The translations under genes were made by a program, and so were the position numbers. A stretch of DNA of 64,000 nt from Octopus sinensis (lineage: Eukaryota): the NCBI RefSeq assembly GCF_006345805.1, contig NC_043000.1:108872001-108936000 (forward strand). Reading direction: 5' to 3'. How positions within the stretch are numbered: position 1 is the stretch's first letter; every line of letters starts with the position of its first letter. The notes below the pieces were generated by a model. It made no database searches, had not been told where the DNA came from, and saw only the letters and a program-made list of their open reading frames with translations. Positions 37,273 to 49,163 of this stretch are shown piece after piece.

Positions 37273-40200
37273 TCACGAATGCTTTTTAGCAACTGCCATT
37301 TGGTGCATGAGAGAGTTCGATGCAGCTGCCCTCATCTGCACCTCCTGCCGTGAAGTTGGTTCATCAGGGATACCTGACAAGAAGAGATCCAGTTTCATTT
37401 TAAATACATCTGCATCCACCCCATGCAGGTCTCTTAGGTTCTTCGGGAGGATATTGAAGAGCTGTGGGCCTCGGAAGCCCAGGCTATCACAGTATCTTGT
37501 CCTACATCTTGATGGCAAATTTGGAGTCCTAGGCACCACGCAGTGGCGCCCAGTTCTGGCTTTTGTGTAACTCTCGATGCCAAAGTTTGGGACAAGTCCC
37601 TCCAGGATCTTCCAGATGTATATTATGGCATATCTTTCTCGCCTACGCTCCAAGGAATAGAGTTTTAATCTCTTGAGTCTTTCCCAGTAGCTTATATTCT
37701 TCACAGAGGCTATCTTCTTCGTGTAGCTACGTTGGATCGCCTCAAGTTCTGTGATCAACTTGACACTGGATGATGACCATAGCTGAGAGCAATAGTCAAA
37801 GTGGCTTAGGACAAGGTCCTCCAGAGGACCATCATGGTTTCTTGTTCTCTTGTTCTAAAGGTTCTGAGAATCCATCCGGCCAGTCGTCTACATTTCATTG
37901 CCAATTTAGCAACATGTACACGAAAGGTTGCGTCATCACTCATGTAAATACCCAGGTCACGCACTGATTGTGCCTCTGGGATTGCAATTCCTTCGGGTCC
38001 AGTGTATTCATTGGGTATTGCATTTAGTTTTGCATGCTGATAGTATAAAGCTTGAAACTTTTCAGCATTGAACTGCATGCTATTCTTTTCAGCCCACTTG
38101 TATATTTTGTCCAGCTCACATTGCAGGCGTTTAGTGTCCTCAGGGTTCTGTATTGCCTGTGCAACTTTTGTATCATCTGCATAACTTGTGATCGTGGCTC
38201 TCTGCGTGGCTGAGGGCATGTCTGAGAGGGCCATTATGAACAGTAGTGGTCCCAAAACAGTGCCCTGCGGAACACCGCTCACTATTTGCGTGTTAATGGA
38301 AGTGTTAATTGGCTACTACCACCTGACTTCTATCTTTCAGAAAGTCATGAAGCCATTCTCCCAGTTTTCCAACTATGCTAAGATCACGCAGTTTGTGACA
38401 TATCATTCCATGATCGACTTTATCAAAGGCCTTTGCAAAGTCGAGATATATCACTTCCACATTTGAGTGGTTGAGCAGTCGTTTCAGCACCCAGTCATAG
38501 TGTTGTAGGAGCTGAGTTAAGCAGCTTCTTCCTGGTCGGAAACCATGTTGGGTGTCAGGCAGCAAGTCATTTTCTTCAAGGAAGGTGATCAGTTTCCTTC
38601 TGACTATTCATTCCATGACCTTGCTGATGTGTGAGGTCAGAGAGATAGGTCTGTAGTTCTTGGCCTCCGCTCTGCTACCTCCTTTATGAATAGGGCATAT
38701 TTTACCTTCCTTCAGTTTTCTTGGAAGTTTGCCAGCTGCAAGGAAGCTCTGAAAGAGGAACTGCAGTGGTCTTGCTAGGACTCTCTTACATACTTTTAGG
38801 AGGATTGCCAGGTATCCATCGGGGCCAGTAGCTGAGTCTGTTTTCATTTCATCTATACCCTTTATTACATCGTCTTCCTTTATATCGATGTAATCTGTCG
38901 TCGCCGCCTCTGATTTTATATCTGCAGTGGTAAAGAAGTCAGTTGGATTGGTAATTTGGAAATGCCCAAGGGGTGGAGTGAAAACACTCTTGAATTGCTC
39001 ATTCAGTATTTCACTTACCCTCATTGGTTTTCCTGTGAGTGTGCCATCCTTTTCAAGGAGTGGCCCTATCCTACAGTGCACCGTAGCTGTTTCTTTGGCA
39101 TACCTGTAGAAAGTTCTGGGGTTAGATTTTATGTTGTCTATAGCCCAGGCTTCTTTGCCTGCTCTTTCCTTTTCATGGGAGAGTTGCAGACATTTTTCAA
39201 TTTCCAACAGTTTTATTTTCAGGCGGGACTTTTCACTGCTTTCAATTTGTTTGTTTAGGCGATTTGAAATTTTTGTACGCCGTCTCATTAAAATTTTCCT
39301 CTCTCTGGGGATTTTGTTCTTGTGTACTGTGGCCTTTCTCTCTGGGACACATTTGTAGCATATGGCTTGCATTACAGACATGAATTGTTGAAGTTCCACG
39401 TCGATGTCTGGCGAGGAGAGACATTCAGGCCAGTTTTGTTTGAGGATCTCTTTCTCAATTTGTTTCCAGTTTGCCTTATGGAAGTTCAAGCTGGAAAGAT
39501 TCTGAGGGTTTCTTGTAGGCTGCATGTCCATGCTTTCCTTTGGCCCGTACATGGTCAGCTCTACCATGTTGTGATCCGAGAGTAGTGTCGGTGTCACTTT
39601 CACATTATGGATGAGATCCATATTATTTGTGGAGCAGAGATCCAGTGTGTTACCTGCCCTGCTTGGTTGGAGTATTACTTGCTCCATGTACAGGGTGTTG
39701 ATGAGGTTCAGGAGGGACCTCGCCTGTCCTCGTTCACATCTTGTCATTCCTGGGAGAGAAAGGCCCTCGGGCCATCTGACATTGGGTAGATTGAAGTCTC
39801 CCATAAGAAGTACACTTATGTGTTGTTCTAATGTGATTAGAACTTCTTCTATTTTTATAAGGCAGTCTTCAAACTTGCCTACATGGCTTGGGGCATCTGG
39901 AGGGCGATATGTAGCACACACAACTACATCAAGTTGCCTTATATGTACAATTAGTGTGTCACACACCGAGTTTGATTATGACAAAAGGACCTGGGGTGTG
40001 AGGTCCTCACGGATGTACATAACAACTCCTCCATGACTCCTTTCTTTTCTGTCGGTCCGGAGTACAACATACTGTAGTATGTGTAATTCCGCATCTGCTA
40101 TGTCCGGTTTCAGGTGCGTTTCCGTAAGTGCTATGCATAAGGCTTAATTGCATGCAACAAAGTCTCTCAAGAACGGGATTTTTGTCCTGTTACTGAGTGT

Positions 40201-40374
40201 TTGCAGTCCTCTGATGTTCAGTAGGAGGATCGAGGTGAGGTGTATGCTGTTGCCGGCGGTGTCCACCTTGGGTCTATTTGCTGTAGTGGTCTTGTATATT
40301 GTGGGTAGTCCCATCTGCGAGCTTGGGTTTGATGAAGCCAGGTTAGCTGCTGTACAATCTTTTGTGCCATGCAC
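37273..40374 (-). pseudogene. LINE ORF2 (APE endonuclease + reverse transcriptase), with stop and frameshifts
   Basis: LLNIRGL, TETHL, SHGGV, YRPPD, MGDFNLP, SDHNMV; NYRPISLTS, QHGFRPGRSCLTQL, YLDFAKAFDKV, GVPQGTVLGPLLF, YADDTK. TAA at 40144-40146 and at least three frame changes. Confidence 0.9.
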
Positions 40375-40988
40375 AAAAAAGATTCTTGTTCAGCAGCTGC
40401 CCTTTCAACATCATGTTGGCGGTTTGTGGCACGCACCACATCTGCGTACCTCCGTTTTGGGGCAGATGGTGCGTGGTCCATCCCTTTTCCTTTTGTTAGT
40501 TTGTTTCTGATCTGTTTCGTGTCTCTGCGGCAGGGTCCCCGATGTGCAAAACGGCAGCCTGCACCTTCCTCTCCATGCCAGCAGGTACCTCTCAGGTAGA
40601 ACCTACACACCCGTGTGCGCTGTTTGTTTCCATCCTTTTTGGTATATGGATAGTCAGTTTTATTTCTATTCTTGGCTGTTTCATTTTTTGGTTTTGTTTG
40701 AGTTTTTCTTTTAGTTTTTCCTCCTTTTATTTCTTCTTTGGGTTCTTCATCTCCATGGCTTTTGGTGCTGGTAGGAGCACTTGCACTTGGGTTTACTTCC
40801 CGGGCAGGTTTCTCACTTGAAACCTCTTCCCGGGTGTCTACTAGGTGGGGGTGACTTCTTTCATCAGCACCCGTGTCTCCATCCTTGCCATCTTTACTTT
40901 GTTCATTCTCAAAGATTGCATCAAGCGTGCCAATGTGAGATCGTATAAGTGCATAGGAGCGTACAAACTCCTGCTTCTTCCGCTCCAT
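40218..40988 (-). CDS. LINE ORF1, 256 aa, basic low-complexity region plus CCCH zinc finger
   Basis: Open ORF upstream of and overlapping ORF2; CRFYLRGTCWHGEEGAGCRFAH (C-x7-C-x8-C-x3-H) at 40542-40607. Confidence 0.75.
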   Translation of the reverse strand: MERKKQEFVRSYALIRSHIGTLDAIFENEQSKDGKDGDTGADERSHPHLVDTREEVSSEKPAREVNPSASAPTSTKSHGDEEPKEEIKGGKTKRKTQTKPKNETAKNRNKTDYPYTKKDGNKQRTRVCRFYLRGTCWHGEEGAGCRFAHRGPCRRDTKQIRNKLTKGKGMDHAPSAPKRRYADVVRATNRQHDVERAAAEQESFLCMAQKIVQQLTWLHQTQARRWDYPQYTRPLQQIDPRWTPPATAYTSPRSSY

Positions 40989-41054
40989 CTGAGCTATTAT
41001 CCTTTTATAACTACCGCTCTTCAGCGCAGCTGTAATTATATTGTTAAAAGGTAA

Positions 41055-41170
41055 TGCTTACAGCACCTAGGTTTCCCAAGCAGTCACCCATCTAAGTACT
41101 AACTAGGCTCGATGTTGCTTAACTTCGGTGATCGGACGAGAACCGGTGCTTTCAACGTGATATGGCCATA
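41055..41170 (-). rRNA. 5S rRNA: 5S rRNA copy (about 116 nt, first few nucleotides missing); probably a retro- or orphan copy
   Basis: GGCCATATCACGTTGAAAGCACCGGTTCTCGTCCGATCACCGAAGTTAAGCAACATCGAGCCTAGTTAGTACTTAGATGGGTGACTGCTTGGGAAACCTAGGTGCTGTAAGCA: classic metazoan 5S with box A, box C and paired CCTAG/CTAGG helix. Confidence 0.95.
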
Positions 41171-41591
<421 letters not shown>

Positions 41592-41840
41592 AACCTCGCT
41601 AAGATAAATATTTCAATTAACCTGAAGATTGACTGTAACCATAACTCGAATTATTACGAATTGTACAGCCATGAAACGATCGTAGTGTTTTACTCTTTAT
41701 CTTTTATTAAACTTTTAATTCTTTTGATATATATTTAAAATAATATTAATTAATTAATTATATGTATTGGCTTATGTTTTACATTGTTTGATTTGCCTAA
41801 TAGTGGTTGTATCTCTAATTTAATATAATATATATATATA

Positions 41841-41904
<64 letters not shown>

Positions 41905-41985
41905 TGTATATCTATGTATATATATATGTCTATATATCTATGTGTATATATATATATGTATATATATATATATTATGTCTATTTA

Positions 41986-42016
<31 letters not shown>

Positions 42017-42129
42017 GTCTATATATATATCTCTCTCTCTATATATATGTCTATATATCTATATCTATCTATATATATATATGTCTATATATCTATATAT
42101 ATCTATCTATATATATGTCTATATATCTA

Positions 42130-42164
<35 letters not shown>

Positions 42165-42282
42165 ATATATATATATATAAATATATATAATATATATATA
42201 TATATTCATATATCTATATATATTTATATCGATATATATATATTCATATATACGTCTATATCTCTCTATATATATATACATA

Positions 42283-44908
42283 TATTCCATTTGGACCAGT
42301 GTACCCTGTAAGTTTTATATTCAGTTTTGAATGCTCGTAGCAAAGGGCGTGGAATTTTTCAGCATTAAACTGAATATTATTATCCTCAGCCCATGTGTAA
42401 ATTGAGTCAAACTCCTGCTGCAGGTTTGCAACATCGCTGGGGTTCTGTATTTTCTGCGAGACGTTCGTATCGTGTGCGTAGCTAGCAAGGGTGGCTATCC
42501 GGGCAGTTGAGGACATATCTGAGAAAGCCACTATGAATAGCAGTGGTCCCAAGACAGTGCCTTGTGGAACACCGCTCACTATTTGTGTTTTCATTAAGGG
42601 GGCTCCATTGGTCCCTACTGCCTGACTTATATCTTTCAGAAAGTCATGTAACCACTCCCCAAGTTTTCCAGCTATGCCAAGATCACGCAGTTTGTGGCAT
42701 ATCATACCATGATCCACTTTGTCAAAAGCTTTTGCAAAATCAAGGTATGTTACGGCCACATTTGAGTTGTTGAATAACTGCTTCAACACCCAGTTATAAT
42801 GTTGTAAGAGCTGAGTCAGGCAGCTTCTACCTATTCGGAAGCCATGCTGAGTATCACTCAGCAAGTTATTTTCTTCAAGGAATGCGATTAGTTTCCCTCT
42901 GACTATCCGTTCCATGACTTTGCTGATGTGGGAAGTGAGGGAGATAGGCCTATAGTTTTTGGCATCTGTTCTCCTTCCTACTTTATGCATTGGGCATATT
43001 ATTCCCTCCTTCAGCTTGCTCGGCTGTCTGCCATTTGCAAGAAAGTTCTGGAAGAGAATCTGGAGGGGTTTGGCCAAGGCACGCTTACTCGATTTGAGGA
43101 GGATTGCTGGGAAACCATCAGGACCAGCAGTTGAGTTTGTGTCCACTTCATCTATGGCTAGTAGTATATCTTCTTCGCTAATGTCGACGTATTCCATTGT
43201 AACTGCCTCGTTGGTTATAGATGAGACGGCAAAGAAGTTCACTGGTTCGTTCACTTGTCTATGTTCCAACGGGGTGGTAAAGACACTTTTGAACTGGTCA
43301 TTCAGTATCTCACTGATCATAGTTGGACTGTCTGTGACGGGGCCATCCTTTTGGAAGAGGGGTCCTATCTTGCAGCGTAGTGAGGCTGTTTCTTTGGCAT
43401 AATGAAAGAAGGCTTTTGGGTTTAACTTAATGTTTTTTATAACCCAGGCTTCTTTGTCTGCTTTCTCCCTCACATAGGATTGTTGCAGCCTTTTTTCGAT
43501 CTATCAGTGTTGTTTTTAGGCGAGACCTTCCGCTACTTTTGGCATGTTGGTTGAGTCGATTATCAGCCTTCGTCCGTCGTCTCATGAGGATCTTCCTCTC
43601 CCTTGGAATCTTGTTCATATTCGTTTTGATCTTGTGCTTTGGGACATAGTTCTGGCATATGGCTTTCATAGAAGACATGAAACATTCTAGTTTCATGTCA
43701 ATGTCTGGTGTGGAGAGACATTTCGACCAGTCCTCTCTGAGGATCTCTTTTTGGATCGATTTCCAGTCTGTTTGTGGAAGTTCAGATTGGAGAGATTTCA
43801 GGTGCTTCCTTTAGGCTGTATGTCTCTGGTTACTTTCGGCCCAAACATAGACAGCTCTATTATGTTGTGATCCAAGACTAATGTCGGTGTCACTTTCACA
43901 TCATGAATGATGTCCATATTGTTCGTGAAGCAGAGATCCAGAATGTTATTCGCCCTAGTCGGTCTGAGTACAGCTTGTGCCATGAATAAGGCACTGGTGA
44001 GGTTGAGCAGGGACTCCACCTGTGCTTGCTTGCAATGAGTCAATCCTGAGAGTATGAGACCTTCGGGCCATTTGACGTTGGGGAAGTTGAAATCACCCAT
44101 AAGAAATATGGTCACGTGGTGTTCCAGATTCATGAGGATTTCTTTAATTCTTGTGAGGCAATCTTCAAACTTGCCTATGTGGTTTGGGGCATCCGGTGGG
44201 CAATATGTATTGCATATGACTATATTATGTTGTCGTATGTATACAATTAGAGTGTCACATACCGAATTTGAGTAGGGCAGTAAGTCCTGGGGTGTGAGGT
44301 CATCACGGATGTATACAGCAACTCCACCATGGCTCCTTTCCCTTCCGTCTGTTCGCAGTATGGCAAATTTTGGTACTCGTACTTTTGCATCCTCTATATC
44401 AGGGCTGAGGTGAGTTTCCACGAGTGCTATGCATAGGGCTTGATTGCATGCAGTAAGATATCTCAAGAAAGACATTTTGTTTTTATTTCGATGCGATAGG
44501 CCCTCAATATTTAGTAAAAATTTTGGCGTGATGACTGTGCAGGCGTTAGGGGAGGCAATCGCATGTCTGTTGATTGTGGTGGTCTTGCGCAGTGGTGGGC
44601 AAAGTTCCTTGTTTGCGCTTGATGTAACTAGGTCAGCTGCTGCAGAATCTTTTGCGCCTTGCACAAAACAAAGACTCTTGCTCAGCTGCTGCTTTGTGCA
44701 TAACCTCTGAAGAGTGCACTGCTTTTGCATATTTTTTCTTTGGAGACGATTGGTGTCTTTCCTCAGGGAAATATTTCTCCTTAAGACCCTTTGTAGTTTT
44801 GGCTGGGTCTCGGGTGAGCAAACCGGCAGTTTTTGCCGTCTTCCCCATGCCAACATTTGCCTTGAAGGTAAAAATAACAGGTCCTTGAGTACCCTCCAAA
44901 TTTCTTCT
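42283..44908 (-). mobile_element. CR1-group LINE subfamily beta, inverted 5' segment (ORF1 end, APE, most of RT)
   Basis: CYFYLQGKCWHGEDGKNCRFAH (44814-44879), LLNIEGL, VETHL, MGDFNFP, QHGFRIGRSC, GVPQGTVLGPLLF; ends at YTGPNGI against (TA)n. Confidence 0.9.
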
Positions 44909-45232
44909 TCAGTCGCTTGGACTGCTGCTCTCAACGATGGTCACCACATAATACAAAATTCACGGCGGAACTCGAAGCAATCCAACGAAGCTACACTAAG
45001 AAAATCGTCTCAATCAAACCTATCAGCTACTGGGGAAGACTGAAAGAATTAAAACCATTCTCCCTAGAACGAAGGCGACAAAGTTATGCAGTAATATACA
45101 TCTGGAAAATCATGGAAGGCCTTGTACCAAATTTTGACATTGAAAGTTACTCAAACTGCAGAACTGGGTGCCACTGCATAGTGTCAAAGATCCCAGCATT
45201 GCCATCGAAATACAGGACCAGATACTGTAACA
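44908..45232 (+). mobile_element. CR1-group LINE, 3' ORF2 segment in opposite orientation
   Basis: SRLDCCSQRWSPH..ELEAIQRSYTKKI..SLERRRQSYAVIYIWKI..RTRYCN. Confidence 0.85.
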
Positions 45233-45432
45233 CTTCCGATGTCAACTTATCGCATGAAACAGTTTCTCGGAGGTTACGAGGTTCTGGGTTGCTTGCTCGG
45301 GCATCGGCAAAAAACCTCTGATCTCCAAGAAGAATCAAAGAACCCGTCTTCGTTTCGCTCACGAACATGTCGTTTGGACAGAAGAACATTGGTCGCAGGT
45401 TCATTTTAGTGATGAATCGAAGTTTAATGTGA
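45233..45432 (+). mobile_element. Tc1 transposase fragment
   Basis: SHETVSRRLRGSGLLAR..KPLISKKNQRTRLRFAHEHVVWTEEHWSQVHFSDESKFN (with a frameshift). Confidence 0.85.
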
Positions 45433-45708
45433 TCTGGGTCGATAAATTAAGTACCAGTTGCGTACTGAGGTCGATCTTATCGTCTGCCCCCCCCCACCTC
45501 CCCCAAAATTTCGAGCCTTGTGTCCTGAGTAGAAAAAATATTATCAATTACAATTATTAACCACAAATAATATTAACAATAGTAATATCTTATTTCGAAT
45601 ATTTGCTCATAAACATATTTGCACTGAGGTGGACTGGTTTCGACGCAAAACAAGCCAGAACGCTAATGGAATTACAATGTGACAGATTTAGAATTTTGTA
45701 TCCAGTAA

Positions 45709-45766
45709 CTCATACTGAAGAAGGGTGAGGCCCATTAGGACAGCACCCGACACCATGGTACATGAG
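45709..45766 (+). ncRNA. Decayed minimal hammerhead ribozyme
   Basis: CTCAT-A-CTGAAGA-A-GGGTG..CACCC-GACA-CCATGG-TA-C-ATGAG; palindromic helix III ACCATGGT; GACA instead of GAAA. Confidence 0.55.
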
Positions 45767-46391
45767 CATCTGAATGGCATAGTTCTTAATGGTATGCTTT
45801 TTAATTTCTTAATTCTTTGTCCGTTTATTTTCTGTTATTTTCTGTTATTATGGTCTTTTTTTGGCAATTGAATTGGGACTTTGACTGCTATTTCTAAACA
45901 GGTCGATATTTCGCGCATCTTTATGCTTCGTGCTAATCTTAAATTATATATATATGATTATCACTTGTTTCCTTGTTTGTGAATGAAGTATACAGCGATC
46001 AATGGAGAATGAAGAAGAGAGAAAGATAGAAAGGAAGTGAAATTGAGATGCAAATTAAGAAATGCTGTATCCATCCGCTTCTTATGATTCGATAGTTAAT
46101 CACGTTTTGGCTTCTAATTAAAGTTTTTCAAATTCCAGTTGTCTCGTTACAACATTCAGCCAACGAAAACTAGCATAAAAGCAGTGTCTTCAGCTGGTAA
46201 TTAAAATATCTTTTCTCTTGTGTATTTGTTTTTGTAAACATGTTTCCAGATATGAGAATGGAATCTTGAAGAAAACGTAAAATTACCGTATGTCCCATTA
46301 CTATGGCTGTGAGTTAGCATCAGAGCTTAATTAATTACATGACAGACATTTGGGACACTACCCTGTAGATGATTTCATTATTTTCGTTTCT

Positions 46392-47625
46392 GAGCTGGCA
46401 GAATCGTTAGCACACCGAAAAAAATGCTTCGCCCCCCACCTTTTCTTTTTATGTTCTGAGTTCAAATTCCGCCGAAGCGGACTTTGCTTTTTATCGTTTT
46501 GGGGGTCGATGAAATAAGTAAGAGTGGAGCGCAGGGGTAGATGTTACCGACTATTCCCCTCTCCCAAGAATTTCAGGCCTTGTGCCCAGAGCAGAAGGGT
46601 AATTTTCTTGTTCTTCCGGTTCTTAACTTTTTGAATTCAAATATCACCGAGGCCATTTTTATCTGTCGTCCTTTTGGGATAGAATGAATAAGTACCAAGC
46701 AGGAAATGGGGTCGATGTAATCGACTTCCCTCTCCACACCTAAATTGCAGGCCTTGTGACAAAACTGAGAAAGAATTATTTTCTTTTTTATTATGGCAGT
46801 GATTTGGCAGAATCGTTAGCACACCGGACAAATACTCAACAGCATTTCTTCAGGTTCCTATTCTGAGATCAAATACCACCGAGGACGACCTTGCCTTTCA
46901 TGCTTTCCGGGTCGATGAACTAAGTAACAGTGGAACCCTAGGATTAACGGAATCAACTTCTTCCCTCAAAACTAATTTCTTTTTCATCGTCTTTTCGCTT
47001 GTCGAGTTATAAGATCGTCGAGAAGCAATGGTTTCAATACTCAACCCAGCTTCCACGTTCAGCACTTTCCACACTACTTCCTCTCATTCGAACGTTAACT
47101 GAGAGGTGGCACCACTATTGTAAGGCATTTTGTCAGATACTCAAGCGATTTTGCTAATCCCCCCCGCCTCTACTACTATTACTACAAATAATAATGGCTT
47201 CAAATATTGGCACATGGCCAGCAATTAAGCTGATTACAGTGACCCCAGTTTTCAACTGGAACTTATTGACTCTGAAAGGATAAAAGGCAAAGACGTCCTC
47301 GGTGGAATTTAAACTCAAAACGTAAAGGTAGACGAAATGCTGCTAAGCATTTTGGCCGGCGTGTTAACGATTCTGCCAGCTTGCTATCTGAATAATAATA
47401 ATGATAATTATTATTTCAGGTTTTTGCCACAATGGCAGCTTGGGGGAGGTGAGAATGAGGCAATTACATTGATCCCAGTGTTTCACTGATACTTAATTTA
47501 TCGACCCCGAAAAGATGAAAGGTAAAGTGGACCTCGGCGGAATTAGAACTCAGAACGTAGTGACAGGTGAAATACCGCTAAGCATTTAGCCTGGCGTGAT
47601 AACGAGTCTGCCAGCTCGCCGTCTT
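46392..47625. mobile_element. Cluster of five SINE B copies in both orientations
   Basis: Approximate copies: 46392-46600 (+), 46636-46775 (-), 46792-46965 (+), 47195-47385 (-), 47420-47625 (-). Confidence 0.8.
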
Positions 47626-47626
47626 T

Positions 47627-47660
<34 letters not shown>

Positions 47661-48609
47661 GCAGCAGCAGCAACAACAACAACAACAACAACAACAATAA
47701 TAATGATAATAATAATAATAATAATGAAGAGAATTTCTTTATTAAATTATTATTACGCTAATGATCTTTGCCAATGTTTCTGCGCAAAAACAGTCACTAA
47801 ATTCTTCATTTCACATATTCCTGGAGGTTGAATTCCTTCCTATTTATGAACGCTAACCACGCACAAGCATCGAGGATACATTACAATATGCCATTTAAAA
47901 GAACATAACACAAATATAAATAGAAAATTTCCTGAAAAATGCGCCACCATTCTAGATAAGATTCCGACACCAATACACAGAACACACAAGACACATCATA
48001 AAAAAATAACACCAGAGGAAAATAAGAAAAATTAGTTACCGATTCATTCGGTCGATATTAATCTTTGATCACGTTCCAAAAGCAATATCGATGCCCACCG
48101 ATACAACAAATGATATTACACTATTTAGTATTTAGATACAATACATTTATCCTCGTTTATCGCGGATTTATTAATCCCTGATCCGGGATAACAGTTGTGG
48201 ACTGTGTTATGTTAATCACGAATTTGTCCATGATAACACAAGTCAGCAATCAGCCAAAGATTCAGTTTAGACCACGAAAGCGCACCCAAGCGACCATTCA
48301 CAATGCTCAGGTCAACTTGGGTTCTCGGGACGAAACCTATTTTACCCAAATGTTCTTTTATTTCTTTATCACTGATTCATTTAACCCGTTTTCTTTTTTA
48401 CTTTGAAACAAACACCCGCGATAAACGAGAAAAAGTTATATCTAATTCCGACACTCTCTAATTTGGGGTGGGATCAACATGGCCTTCATCTCCATCATAT
48501 GAATTTTGCCTCTTATCATTCTGTGGCTGATAAAATCGAACCAGTAATACACTTGGCTACAGACCGGAAAATGCAATTTAATTCCTTTTATCCGAGGCCT
48601 GAAATTTTG

Positions 48610-49005
48610 AGGGATGGAGTTAGTTGAGTACATCGATCCTGGTGCTCAACTGATTTTTATTTTATCGACTCTGAAAGGATGAGAGGCGAGATTTATATTG
48701 AGAGCGTAAAGCCGGACATAATACTGCGAACCATTTTGTCCGGCGAATAACTATTCTGTCAGCTTGCCGCATTGACAGCTTGCCGGAGTATTTTCAAATG
48801 CAGGACAAGGCGGTGAACTGGCAAATTGATTAGTAGGCCAGAGACAATGCTTAGCGGCATTTCGTCCTCCGTCTTTATGCACTGAATTCAAATTTCGCTG
48901 CGGTCGACTTTATTTTTCATCCTTTCGGAGGTCGATAAAATGAGTACCAGATGAGCGCTGGGTTTGTGTAATTAACTAACCCCCGCTCACAAAATTTCAG
49001 GCCCT
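48610..49005. mobile_element. Divergent pair of SINE B copies
   Basis: About 48610-48790 (-) and 48825-49005 (+), each with the ttcatcctttcg..gtcgataaa core. Confidence 0.7.
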
Positions 49006-49119
49006 AGAAACCGTGTGGTCGGAACATATATATTTATATAAAACCTTCGACGGAGTAAGTTATAAATAGTTTCACTTTTATTCTTTCACTTTTAATAGTT
49101 TCACTATGTATACACATAC

Positions 49120-49160
<41 letters not shown>

Positions 49161-49163
<3 letters not shown>

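Larger units (their letters stand above)
37185..41050 (-). mobile_element. CR1-group LINE (CR1/L2/Crack-Daphne superclade), near full length, subfamily alpha
   Basis: ORF1, APE and RT in order; 3' end GGCGGTGCCCCAGCATGGCCACAGCTCGTGAGCTGAAACTAG followed by (AATC)5. The exact clade needs an RT phylogeny. Confidence 0.9.

Noticed and set aside
41055-41170. Functional 5S rDNA array unit
   Set aside because: Single copy, 5' end of helix I missing, no upstream spacer; treated as an orphan or retro-copy.
43798-44934. 378-aa ORF as an intact endonuclease gene
   Set aside because: Its start lies across the inversion junction and its N-terminal part reads ORF1 DNA out of frame; only the APE half is genuine, and ORF2 is broken downstream.
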